This document shows positions 26,236 through 38,925 of a stretch of 64,000 bases of DNA, in pieces. Made by a program: the position numbers and the translations under genes. The notes below the pieces were generated by a model. That model saw nothing but the letters and a program-made list of their open reading frames with translations, did not search any database and was not told the origin of the DNA. Source of the stretch: Eledone cirrhosa (lineage: Eukaryota). The stretch is taken from the NCBI GenBank assembly GCA_964016885.1, contig OZ024759.1, positions 27,590,001-27,654,000 on the forward strand, written 5' to 3'. The first letter of the stretch is position 1, and each line of letters starts with the position of its first letter.

Positions 26236-26548
26236 AGCTACGGCACTACAACGCTATTAGCTGTCAGTCGCGAAAGTGACGTCATTCGTTATCGTTTATT
26301 TCCGTATTACTACCACCACGCGTAAGTGGAGTTTTCACGCGTTTTTTATTTTTTTTATTACAGCATATCGATGTAAGTGGAGTTACTTAAATGAAAATAT
26401 AGGTGGCCCTTAAAAGGGCCAAATTAGAAAACAAATTTAAGTTAATTAGAAGAAAAAAAAATCCACTTACGCGTGGTAGTAATACGGAAATAAACGATGT
26501 TTTGCTTTCTTCGGCTGCTTTCGACTGACAGTTGTAGTGCCAAAGCTA
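26236..26548. mobile_element. Foldback/MITE with long imperfect inverted arms
   Basis: ggcactacaa..ctgtcagtcg..atcgtttatttccgtattactaccac..gcgtaagtgga mirrored at 26462-26548. Confidence 0.6.
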
Positions 26549-28918
26549 CATAAACTTGCCTAATACAAAACCCAAATAGATTGTATTTATAGAAATTCTC
26601 AGATGTCAGAAATTATACACTAATTTCTTTCTCTCCCTCTGTCTCTCTTTCTCTCTATATATATATATCACATAAACGGAGAATCAGTGGTGCGACAAAT
26701 AAGATTTATTAGTCACCAGCAGTGGTACCCGGCGTTGCACGGGATAAAATATTTTGGAACGCGGGCCGCCAACAGACCTAATCGTGGAAAAACTGCATGC
26801 CTCGACAATATGTAAAGAAAATAAAACGAATACTCTGATGGCTGGATAATCTTTAAGATTTTCCTCAATTACTGCCAATCCACCGTCCTTCAACAATAAT
26901 AATAATTGTTTCTACTTTTGGCAATTGTCACAGTGAATTACTGGTACTTTATTTTATCGACTCCGTAAGGATGAAAGGCAAAGCTAACCTCGGCGAGATT
27001 TGAACTCGGAACGTAAAAGGTTGTAACTATATGGCAGCAAAGCATATTGTCCGATGCTCTATCACTTCTTCTTTCAATGAACCGCCCACTATCCTGAAAT
27101 TATAAGTGTCTTCAAATTATCTTCATTATAAGTAAATAAAATATTCTATTTTGAAAGTTTCTGCCAATTGTTGATAAAGTACAGGGAATTCCCTATGAAG
27201 TTCCATGGGTGTGTCAGTTTATGTGATTGGAATATTCTATGACATTCCAATTGCCATATATCCTGTATTATAAATAAACTTTATGAATAGTGGAAGCACC
27301 TTTTTCTTAAGTACTTGTATTTACGTCTTTCAACACATGTGCGTCATATTCATCAATTCTTACGTCATACCATAGATCAATGTTTGAGTATCCCACTCAA
27401 ACTGACTCAACATTTTAGAAATCTTCCATTATCTCTCTCTCTCCCTCCCACACACACTCTCTCTCTATCTATGTAAACTTCCCCCTTTGTATTTGTCCCC
27501 TTCTTTTGTGCCCCTGTGGCTAATAAAGAAACATATCTATCTCTTTCTTTCTCTCTCCCACACACACACACCCTCTCTCTCTATCTATCTATCTATCTCT
27601 CTCTCAACACACACACTCTCACACTTTCCCTGGAAAGAAACAATGCAGTTATTAATAAGAAGAGCTGAAATTAATGCATGCAAGATTTCACAGCACTACA
27701 ATCACTATTTCATAGTCAGCCTATGAACTTTTCAGCCCCCCCCCCCCCCTCTCTCTCTCTCTCTCACAGACTCATGTTTACCATTCCCTTTCCAGCATAT
27801 CTGAAACAGGTTCAAAGTCTGTCTTGAGCATGGAAGTTCACCAGGACAGTGCTTATCACCAGTTTCCTTGGCATGAAGCGACTGAGAGTAGAAGACTTCT
27901 CCCAGGACAGGATACCAATCCATCACAGGGTTAAAGTATGTCTCATGCCTGAAGGTTTGTCAGGCCGTTTTTGTTTGTTCTTCTGCAACTCTGCAATGCA
28001 GTAATGTTGCTATATATATACTCAAGGGCTTTGTTTCAGGGGGGTACCAGGGGACAAGTCCCCTCCCCCCCGCTTTTTCAAACGTCTATATTTTATTTTT
28101 TTTATTTGATATAATAAATTATTTTTAAGCTTATTTTTTTATATCTGAAATATATATAAAATTTAATTAGTGGAAAATTTGACTAATGTTATAGGGTCTG
28201 GGAAAGGCATCATTAGTAATTTATGCTCCTTTAAGAATCAACAAATGTTGGTTTGACCCCCCCCCCCCCGACATTTTAAAGGCAAACGAGGCCCCTATAT
28301 ATATTAGACCACCCGTTATCTGCTCTTTCCAACTCTCACTATTGTGAGCAAATGAGGGCCCAGTCGATATATATTATAGTGGATAGTGAATAAAAGAATA
28401 GTGACAATGAAAAAAAAGAAGCTTGGCCAGTAAAATTAGGGATTGGTTATAGGGTGAAAAACTAGAATGTCTTGTACTTTATTTGGGGTGAGGTGAGGTT
28501 GGCTGTAAAGGAGTGGATGAGAACTGAGTGGAAGTTCAGTCAAAGAAAAAAATATCTATATAATGTAGATATTTATATATATGAAGCAAATTATACATTA
28601 AAATAGACACTGAACAGGTTTTTACATTAAAAACGTGTTTGGTGTCTATTTTAATCAATAATTTGCTTCATGTATAATTATTATTTTTTAGCACATTAGC
28701 ATTTTGTATGCATACTTGTTTTGAAAATTCTTTCAAAAAAGTATGAAACATAGCCTTTTGTACTGCTTCTTATAATAAATACTGTATTTTGAGCTGTTTT
28801 TAACTTCTGCACCTGTGTTTCTAATTACTTATGTTGTCTTAGTAAAAAATGATACCTATTTCATATATATATATCAATGATATTAAATAAATGGAAACTA
28901 TATTTATAAAACCATATT

Positions 28919-28979
28919 TATTCTATTATATATATTTCAAGGGTACCAAAACTTTGGTACGTTCTCATCAGATAAAATA
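28919..28979 (-). ncRNA. Minimal type I hammerhead motif inside the 28873-29133 inverted repeat
   Basis: tattttat CTGATGA [g..gtaccaaa-gt-tttggtac..tt] GAAA tatata TA atagaata; 8-bp stem I. Confidence 0.65.
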
Positions 28980-29259
28980 CAAAGTTTGTTTTATAAATAT
29001 TGGCATATCCTGGAAGATAATCTTAATGGTTCAAGTTTTTCCTGGATAGTCAAAGTTTGGTACCCTTGAAATATATATAATAGAATAAATATGGCTTTAT
29101 AAGTATAGTTTCCATTTATTTAATATCATTGATATTATACTCCAGAAAATCTGTCGAGTGCTTCAAATCAGTTATAAACATATATATTTGTTGAATTACC
29201 AACAAATTAAATATCCCTTTTGCTTATAAGATCTTCGATATTACATCCTACCAGTTGTG

Positions 29260-29690
29260 TGATATGGTCTTGACTGTGTTAATTGGACGATAAGGTTACT
29301 TCAGAAGCTCTCTACATTCCAGAACCACATCATGAGACTTATGATTGGCAAACGGCTCAGCGAGTGTATCTGTATCAGTGAGCTGCTCAACAGAACCAAA
29401 CTTAGACCAATTACATCAATTGTCAAGTCAAGAGTACTCAAACTCTACGGCCATATAAAAAGATCAACTCGTGGTGTGAGTAGGTTATGCCTGGAAGGAA
29501 GGTTGGCTGGAAAGAGAAGGAAGGTTGGCTGGAAAGAGAAGCAGAGGCCGGCAGCCAAAACGATGGCTTGACAATGTCAACTTATGGATTAGACTTGATC
29601 TTTGCTCTTTGAACTCTGCTGCTGGTGATCGAACTTTGTGGAGAGAGATATCTTATATTGATGCGGAGTCTTCAACTGGCGGAGTTTAGC
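29260..29690 (+). mobile_element. Degraded LINE ORF2 3' fragment
   Basis: IVKSRVLKLYGHIKR..CLEGRLAGKR; frameshifted GRPQPKRWLD. Confidence 0.6.
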
Positions 29691-31599
29691 GTCACAAAAG
29701 AGAGGTCTCTCTGGAAATACGGTGGGGGTGGAGGGTCACTGAGGGTATTACGTAGTTGCTAAAGGGAGAGGAGTCCCAAAAGTTTCAGAACCTCTGCTTA
29801 AAAATAAAATGAAAGTGATAAAAACAGAATTTCTAGGGAACAGAAATGAAAGGATGTTGTATTATTTTTATTCCATGCTTTCTAGCATAGTTACGTCCCT
29901 TTACGGTCTGAGTTCAAATCCCGCCAAGGTTAACTTTGCCTTTCATCCATACGGGGTCGATAAAATAAAGTACCAGTAATGTACTGGGTTATTGCTGGCC
30001 TTGTGCCAAAAGTAGAAACAATTATTTTTATTCAAGCCACCTAACATTCTTCCTCCTCGTGTTTATATATTTATATTCAACACAGTAGATATTGCAGAAA
30101 ATGAAAGTATTCATCTGCCTCCTTCGCCTCCAATTTACCAAATTACAACCATATAAAGATTGGAATGTGATTCACAATGATGCTTTGTTTCTACTTTAGA
30201 TCCTTCTCTCTCTCTTTCTTTATTAACCCCTTTTGATACCAACCGCCCTGCCCCGCTTCTGGTTCTATGACAAAAACAAAAAAACAAAATAAAACAAACA
30301 AAAAAAAAAAAAAAACGACACCTGTTTTAGAGGGTTTCTTTTTAAATTAGAACTTTCCAACATTATTATTGGTAGAGGGTCGGACGCCATGCTTTGTAGC
30401 ATAGAGTTACGGTCCTTTACAGTCTGAGTTCAAATCCCGCCGAGGTTAACTTTGCTTTTCATCCTTACGGGGTCGATAAAATAAAATACCAGTAATATAG
30501 CTGGCCTTGTGCCAAAAGTAGAAACAATTATTTTATACAAGAACATTTTGTTATGTTAGAAATACCATCTTAATGAAATAATTAATAATTTCATTAAGAG
30601 TGTGGTCACAAAAGAGTTAACATGTCTCTAATCTCCTCATGTCTCTCTCTCCATCTTGCTCTTGTCTCATATGGAATTCCTCAAGTATTACTTACAATTG
30701 TTTGTAAGCTTCACAAGTTTGTCTTAGTACCATTGCATATTGCTCTATGGTGCCTCATTTACTCTGATCATAATGCACATCATCAAGCCACTTCTCAGTA
30801 TTTCTACTTCTTTTTCATACCATAGTTGGTTGATATAGTTTATTTTTAAAAAATAACTTTAAATATTTGGAAGCCCAACAATGCGTGCAAGATTATTGTA
30901 GGGCTTCCAAATATTTAAATTTATTTAAATTTGCATTTCTTATTCTCACAATGCAAACTACAAACACTTTTTTTATTTTAGACATGTCTGTGTGAAGGCA
31001 CATCGCCTAGTGGTTAGGATTTTGAACTTACAATCATAATGTCGTGGGTTCGATTCCTGGACTGGGTTGTGTGTTGTGCTCCTGAACAAAACACTTCATT
31101 TCATGTTGCTGGAATTGAGTACCAATAATAACTAGGGGTTCAACCCTGTGATGGACTCCTGTCCAGTAAGGGGTCATTTACTCGCAGTCGCTTAATGCGA
31201 TAGAAACCGGGATAAGACCTAGTCCGACAAACCTCTGGGCTCGAGACAGACTTTCGACTTTGTTATATTTGGTCCAGGTATGAATAAACTGAAACTGCTA
31301 GGTGTGTGTCATGGTCGGTTTATACCTTCCTTTATACCCACAAGCCACATATATATTAAAACAGTACCAAGACAGGAGTGACAACAACAAATCAGAGTCA
31401 TCCTCTATGCATGGGAAGGAATACAATAGGTAGCGGGTATAACACCCCCACCCCACCCCCAGCCCCGACTGTGACACCTGTCAGTTTCCATTTGGTCATA
31501 GCTGACACAAATATAAAATAGTCTAAATACCTACATGTCTTTATAGTGTGTAATGTGTTTATATTTGATTATTTTTTACCTGGGAGTGAAGGGCCCCTT

Positions 31600-33635
31600 G
31601 TTGTCACAACACCTTTCTAGGAGAAGGAACTCTGAAAAAAAACCTGCGGCTTTGGAAGCATCTGATGATGTTGACCAGTTCTCCTTTTCGGGTAGTGTTT
31701 TTGATGCTCAGAGAGTGGGATTGGTCACGTGCAAGGCTTTTCCCCACTTAAAAAACCTTCAAAGCACAGGCATCGCTTGTTCAGGATCTGTTACAGGTTC
31801 GTGTGGTTGGCCGTAGCCTAAAAGTGCACCAAACTCTATGATGACAGATGATAACCTTGAAGTCAATGACAGTAAGGGCTCTGGAACTTATTGTGAAGGG
31901 GTCTGGCCTGGCAGGTGTCCCATGCACCGCAGTGTGGGCCCGGTCATCATCCTACAACTGCAAGGAGGTTCAAACCTCTGAATATTGGATGTTGGAATGT
32001 AAGAACTTTACTGGATTCCCAGTCCAGTAAAACTCACTCTGAAAGATCTGCTTTGGTGTCGAAGGAACTCGATCGCTCTAGCATGGACATCGTTGCTCTT
32101 TCAGAAATGAGATTGGCAGGTGAGGGTGAATTCACAGAACAGAAGGGAGGATATAGCTTCTATTGGAGTGGAGCAGAGGGTTGTAGGAGAGAGGCAGGGG
32201 TCGCATTTGCAGTCAGGAATGGAATTATCTCAAAGCTGGCAAATCTTCCTTGTGGATTCAATGATCGGATAATGTCCATGAGAGTCCCTCTGATTCAAAA
32301 CTGCGTTGTGACTCTGGTCAGTGTGTACGCTCCTACTATGTGTGCTAGTGATGATGAAAAACTAAGTTTCTACATGTCTTTGAGAGAGGTCATCCATGGT
32401 ATACCTTATGCAGACAAGATTGTCATTCTTGGTGATTTTAATGCATGTGTTGGTAATGACTGGGAAGCTTGGAGTGTGATGGGCAAGCATGGAGTAGGTA
32501 AGTGCAATAACAATGGCCTACTTCTGTTGGGAACACGCTCTTTCAGCAGAAAGACAAATATAAGACAACTTGGATGCATCCAAGTTCCAGGGCCCTTATT
32601 GACTTCGTTTTAATGAGAAAACGTGATATCAGGGATATCACATTGGTTCGTGTATTGCGAGGCGCGGAATGTTGGACTGATCATCGTCTGGTACGCGCCA
32701 AGTTTCAATTTGTTGTGAAGCCCAAAGTAAGGGGGGAAAGTTGCACTTCCAAAACAACTAAACGTGGCGTGTTGTGAAAACAGAGAAAGTCAGAGCTGAG
32801 CTGTCGGGGTCCCTTGAATCCATGGAATGTGAAAACAGTTGGGAATCATTGAAGAAACCCATCTATGATGTTAGTGCTAGAGTTTTGGGTCATACCAATA
32901 AAAAGCATAAAGACTGGTTCGATGAAAATGATGCAGTGATCCAGACCTTGCTTGAAGAGAAACAAAAAGTGCTGACATCATTGTTGTGTGAGACACGTTC
33001 TGACAGGAGTGACCGGACCTTCAGGCAGATCAAGGCACGTGTGCAACATCGATTGAGAGCCATGCAGGATACCTGGTGGAGCCAAAAGGCTGATGAAATC
33101 CAGAAGGCCTCAGATAGACATGATACAAAGCTCCTATACAGTCTGCTCAGGGAGGTGTATGGTCCAACCAGTTCACAAATATCACCACTTCGCTCCGGGG
33201 ACGGCAAGGAATTGCTCAGAGATCCGAAGGAAATCCTGATCAAGTGGCATGACCATTTTGATGAGCTTCTCAACAGACCATCAGAAATTGATGATGAATT
33301 CATCCGGTCGATTCCATCCAGACCTACAAAGCAGGCAATGGCTGATCCTCCTTCATTTGATGAGGTGGCGAAGGCCATTGCCAAATTAAACAGTGGCAAG
33401 TCACCTGGAATGGATGGACTGAGTGCCGAGATTTTCAAGTGTGTTGCGATAACTTCTTAAACCGCCTCACTGATCTCTTTGTGAATGTTTGGAATGAAGA
33501 TGTGCCACAGGATTGGAAAGATGCATTGATGGTGGTACTTTACAAAGGAAAGCGAGCCAAAGATGACAGTGGCAACTACCGAGATAGTGGCTGCTATCTG
33601 TGGCTGGGAAGATCTTGTGAAGGATATTGTTGGAC
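31600..33635 (+). mobile_element. Degraded RTE/BovB-like LINE (APE domain, linker, start of RT), frameshifted and 3'-truncated
   Basis: IGCWNVRTL, DIVALSE.RL, VYAPT, LGDFNA, LIDFVL, TDHRLV, GKSPGMDG, PQDWKDA..GNYR spread over ORFs 31915-33642. Confidence 0.85.
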
Positions 33636-34039
33636 AGATTGATACACACACAATTTTGCATTTACGTGCATTTGTGTGTATGTATGTACATGTGTGTGTG
33701 TACACACCAGTAACTATAGACGAAGTCAGGTGCGGTTGTAACATATTCAAACCTAACGGCACCCATCCCATCTCCAGATATGAATACAAAGAAGAGAGAG
33801 AATCAACCTCAGTACAGGACTGGTACTTTTCTTCTCTCTCTCTTTTTCATGGACATGGCAAAAAATTAAAGCTAAAGTTAACATCGATCAATTCGCCGCA
33901 CATTTCATTTTTATAAATTGTATTAAATAAAGAAAATCATATATGGTTTGTTTTAAAAAATAATTTCAATTTATAATAAATAACATACATAGTTCATGTT
34001 ACTGTTCTGACAATGTTTAAAAAGAAAAAAGAAAATCAT

Positions 34040-34987
34040 TTACATCACGAATGGATAATTTTTTAAGAAGTCCACTAGAAATGTTGGCAAACCTAACGAA
34101 TCTCTCCAATCTTCCTTTAACGATACTTCCAAAGTTCGATTTTGTTCCATTGATCGGTTATTTACAGATAGACGACATAAATGTGCCAAAGAAGGAACCG
34201 AATGTAATTTCGCTGAGGTAAGTTCCGAAGATTTATATCTCTTGTTGTTACAGTCGACCCAAACACATCGGTGACCGTTATTCAACAGGCATGGGTCCCG
34301 CCGGTTAGAATAAAATTGTACAAGGTCTATTATACTTTTGAAATGTGGCATTTGCTTTTGTAACTTTGCATCGCAGTCTAAATGAAAATGTCCTTTATTG
34401 TATGCGATCCTGACGCTTGTAACTCCTTGTAGTGAACTGATGCTTAACGAATATAAAAATTTAGAACTGGAACTATACCGTACAAGAAATGTACCATGTT
34501 TAGAATTACAAAGTAAAGATTTCGCATCTGCGTTACTGATTCCTCCGTAAAACCATTTACCGTAATGTAAACACTGTAAGTTGTAAGAAAGAATCTGGTA
34601 ATCGCTAAAGTTTTCTGTTATTTGCGAGGGTGACAAAGATGCTGGCACTTCAGATGTCGAACTTGTTTGGAGATAGCCTGAAGATTGATTACCACCACTA
34701 CTACTACCTCTACTACCATTACTATTATTATTGGTATTAATAATATTATTATTACTATCATTGGTAATATTATTATTAATAGTAATGTTATTGGTAATAC
34801 TAATGGTATTTGTAGTAGAGGTATCCCTGGTGGGGTTACATATTTCAGTTTTTGTAACTTCGAAGTCACTTTCACCTTGGTCGTTGTAATCCAGCTTGGA
34901 AGTAGAATTAATATCTAATTTTTTCGTTTTTTTGACACAATATACAATTTTTGTATTCGGTTTTAAGTAAGGAAAACACGGAGGCAT
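34040..34987 (-). CDS. SOCS2: Suppressor of cytokine signalling, SOCS2/CIS-like (SH2 + SOCS box), 315 aa, single coding exon
   Basis: SH2 domain WFYGGISNADAKSLLCNSKHGTFLVRYSSSSKFLYSLS..TSVRI; SOCS box VPSLAHLCRLSVN...LPTFLVDFLKNYP; Asn/Thr/Ser-rich N-terminus; first in-frame ATG at 34987. Confidence 0.9.
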   Translation of the reverse strand: MPPCFPYLKPNTKIVYCVKKTKKLDINSTSKLDYNDQGESDFEVTKTEICNPTRDTSTTNTISITNNITINNNITNDSNNNIINTNNNSNGSRGSSSGGNQSSGYLQTSSTSEVPASLSPSQITENFSDYQILSYNLQCLHYGKWFYGGISNADAKSLLCNSKHGTFLVRYSSSSKFLYSLSISSLQGVTSVRIAYNKGHFHLDCDAKLQKQMPHFKSIIDLVQFYSNRRDPCLLNNGHRCVWVDCNNKRYKSSELTSAKLHSVPSLAHLCRLSVNNRSMEQNRTLEVSLKEDWRDSLGLPTFLVDFLKNYPFVM

Positions 34988-35069
34988 GACTGCACCAACG
35001 GTGTAATTGATGGATATAGTTTCAAACACATGTTGCTCGACAGTTTAAATAACATTACGTAAATTCTGT

Positions 35070-35096
35070 TTCAAGGAAAATGCTGCTTTCCGAGAA
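35070..35096. promoter_or_regulatory. Tandem STAT-binding GAS sites upstream of SOCS
   Basis: TTCAAGGAA (35070-35078) and TTCCGAGAA (35088-35096), both exact TTCN3GAA, 9 nt apart. Confidence 0.6.
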
Positions 35097-35814
35097 AATA
35101 TTTGAGTTATTGTGAAAGAGACTGCTGATGTGCAAGAGGATGTGTATGAGTGTATGAAAGAGAGTGTAGGTGTGAGAGAGAGAGAAAGAGAGTGGTATAT
35201 TTGAGTGTATGTGAGAGAGAGTGCTTATGTGTGAGAGGATGTGTATGAGTGTATGAAAGAGAGTGGTATATTTGAGTGTATGTGAGAGGGAGTGCTTATG
35301 TGTGTAGAGGGAGTGCTTATGTGTGAGAGGGTGTGTATGAGTGTATGAAAGAGAGTGTGATGTGTGTGTGCGGGAGTTTATAGCAGTTATCAGTAAGTTT
35401 AATTTCTATTTTCGTTTTCTAAAAATTTGGGTGCTCAGAATCTATAAAAAAAACCATCACTGCTTCTATGAAACGAAATTGAAAATGATATGATATCGAC
35501 CTTTTCAAATAAAAATTCTCCAACTTAATTTTACTAAGAACGATGTGGTAAGTTATTATTTTCTTGATTAATTAATTGTAATAAAGTGTAGTTTATTAGA
35601 AAAACGGTCACGGATGGAAAGAATGAAAGGAAATAGAAATAATAAAAAAGAGACTTTACTGAGATATTTTAATATGAAATTTTCAAACTTCTTTATTTAC
35701 ATGGAAAATTGGAAAATTATATTATACGTTTTGTTCGTCAGGCCGTAGAGGGCAAACTGTCCAAATATCGGCTGCTCTCGGATAGGTTTGTGGTAGAGCC
35801 TGTAGCAGGTGCGA

Positions 35815-36075
35815 CCTCTGGTGTTCTTGGGTCCTCCGGACTACGTCCCTGTTCACTGCCATCGGAGCGGGAGTTGGCTGCCCCGTCCTCACCCCAGCGC
35901 AGGTGAGACTCCTAGATTTTTCTTGGGTCCCCTGGACTACGTCCCTGTTCACTGCTATCGGAGCGGGAGTTGGCTGCCCCACCCTCACCCCAGCGCAGGT
36001 GAGACTCCTAGATTTTTCTTGGGTCCCCTGGACTACGTCCCTGTTCACTGCTATCGGAGCGGGAGTTGGGTTGGC
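35815..36075. repeat. GC-rich 96-bp tandem repeat, about 2.7 copies
   Basis: ggactacgtccctgttcactgc.atcggagcgggagttgg recurs with a 96-nt period. Confidence 0.9.
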
Positions 36076-36553
36076 TGTCCCGCAGGTGCGGGCCACATAA
36101 AGTGAACTGAGGGTCGTAGGGGCAGAGTTCTCAAACACTTCTTCCAACGGGTCCTATCAGAAGCAACTGTCTCCTATTGATCGGGCTAGAACCCAAAAGC
36201 TAGAACAACCAAGCTCTGGTTCTACTCCTGGGTCTCCTACCAGTTGGTTTTGCCCATAAAATCTGTCCAGCGATTCTTTCCTGAAACATTCCTGAGACAT
36301 TCATGCACACACACATTCGCACATGTACATGCACGCACACACATGCATACACATACAAACAAACAAACATACACACGCACCTATACATATACATAAACTT
36401 TTATAGATATATAGACACACACACATTCATGCACACACACATCCATATACATTCACATTCATGTATTTATACACACACATTTGTGCATATACACACACAT
36501 ACATATTCGTACACATTTATGTATATACACACACACATGTATGCGTGCACATG

Positions 36554-36585
<32 letters not shown>

Positions 36586-36739
36586 TTAGAAACACACAGA
36601 TAGATGCGGACACACACATATACATGAATGCATCCACACCCAATCGTGAGTTAAGGGTGCCAACCTCACCGATGTTGCTCAATGAATGACTGGGACAGAC
36701 CAATCCGGTTGAACCAGACTGAACCAGTATCAGAGTTAA

Positions 36740-36844
36740 AATTACATTATGAAGAGAGAAGAAACATTTAGATATAATTAGTAATAAAATGTATACATTT
36801 TATTACTAATTATATCTAAATGTTTCTTCTCTCTTCATAATGTA

Positions 36845-36847
<3 letters not shown>
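36740..36847. repeat. Perfect 108-bp palindrome with no spacer
   Basis: aattacattatgaagagagaagaaacatttagatataattagtaataaaatgta|tacattttattactaattatatctaaatgtttcttctctcttcataatgtaatt. Confidence 0.95.
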
Positions 36848-36882
<35 letters not shown>

Positions 36883-36923
36883 TGCATGCATACATACATC
36901 CATATACATGCACACTCACATAT

Positions 36924-36964
<41 letters not shown>

Positions 36965-37445
36965 TGCATATACTTACACATATATATATATTCACATACA
37001 CAAATATACATACATACACATACACACATATGCATATGCACACACACACATGCATATACATGCACACATATATACACATGCATGCATACACACACATATG
37101 CATGCATATACACATACACACATTCACATACATATATATATACACATGCACACATATATATATATATACACACACACACATACATACATACATACAAGGG
37201 TAATGAGCCCCTTCAGTGATGAATGACCATGGGATTTACACCTAGAAAGTTCCCCTTCGAGGCACAAGTCTGGGCAAGGTTATTTGTGGGAGACCAGCAG
37301 TCACCCATGCATACCAGTCTCCCCTCTCCATGCCACCGATGTTGTCTAAGGGAAAGACAATGGCTGATACAGCATGACACCAGAGATGTTGCAACATATA
37401 TATATACATATATATATATAGACTATATATATGTTAGACTATATA

Positions 37446-38925
37446 TCTTAGAAAACTAGGAGTAGATGAATGGCTTGTGAAAGCGGTACAAGCCATGTAT
37501 AGGGGAGCAGTCAGCAAAGTTAGGATTAGCAATGAGTATAGTGAGGAATTTAGCGTACAGGTTGGGGTCCACCAGGGCTCTGTTCTTAGCCCCCCTCCTG
37601 TTCATCATAGTCGTGCAGGCAATAACGGAGGAGTTTAAGACCGGATGCCCATGGGAACTCCTGTATGCTGATGACCTCGCACTCATAGCTGAATCTATGG
37701 TAGAACTAGAGAATAAATTCTAAACTTGGAAGCAGGGACTAGAAAGAAAGGGTCTCAAAGTCAACATGACAAAGACTAAGGTCCTTGTAAGTAGACGAGA
37801 AAACAGAACCCAGATCCCCTCAGGGAAATGGCCTTGCTCAGTATGTAGGAAAGGTGTAGGTAGGAACTCCATTCTCTGCCCCAAATGCAAACAATGGGTA
37901 CACAAGAGATGTAGCGGGATCTCAGGAAGCTTAATTAAGAATGTAGGCTTCACATGCAGCAGCTGTGCTGAGACAGCAAGCAGCAAACAGCCACAGGAAA
38001 CAAGTACCACCAATCTCTGGGAGGGCTCTGTAGAAACAGTAGACAGCTTCTGCTACCTAGGTGACCGAATTAGCAGCGGAAGTGGGTGTTCAGAAAGTAC
38101 AATAACTAGGGTAAGAACTGGATGGAAGAAGTTTAGGGAACTACTACCACTGCTAGCTGCAAAAGGCTTCTCCCTCAGAATGAAAGGCAGACTGTATGAT
38201 GCGTGTATCCGAACAGCAATGTTGCATGGTAATGAGACCTGGGCGCTGAAGGTGGAAGACTTACGTAGATTAGAGAGAAACGAAGCCTGCATGCTCCGAT
38301 GGATGTGTAACAGTAATATACGTGAACGACAAAGCATAAATGAATTGAGAGAGAGACTGAGCATAAGAGGAATCAAATGCTGTGTGCAGGAGAGGCGGTT
38401 GCGCTGGTATGGACATGTGATGCGTATGAAGGATGACAGCTGCATAAAAAGGTGCAGAGCACTAGAAGTTGATGGAAACCGCGGAGTGGGGAGACCCAAG
38501 ATGACCTGGGATGAGGTGATAAAAGCCGACCTTACCCAATTACACCTCTCAAAGGCAATGACACACGACCGTAACTTCTGGCGTCACGCAGTAATACAGA
38601 GTACCCAACCTCCCATGGGTACAAGCTGAAGCATATAGACAATATGCCCCCACATCCCCCACCGCAAGGTGGTCGTGGAGGTGCCACGGCAAAAAAGCAC
38701 CCAGCCCACACTGTAAAGTGGACGTGTAGGCGCCACGAAAAAGCACCCAGCACTCACTGTAAATGAGGTTGGTGTTAGGAAGGGCATCCAGCTGTAGAAA
38801 TCAAGCCAAATCAGTTCCTGTATGAGCAAGGCATGGTCAGCCGACCAGACACTCCCCACAACAGGACAACCCGTCTAACCCATGCTAGCATGGAAGAACG
38901 GACGTAAAACGGTGATGATGATGAT
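37446..38925 (+). mobile_element. 5'-truncated copy of the same RTE LINE
   Basis: Near-identical by eye to the reverse complement of 43885-45377; YADDL; CAA>TAA stop at 37721; (GAT)n tail. Confidence 0.95.
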
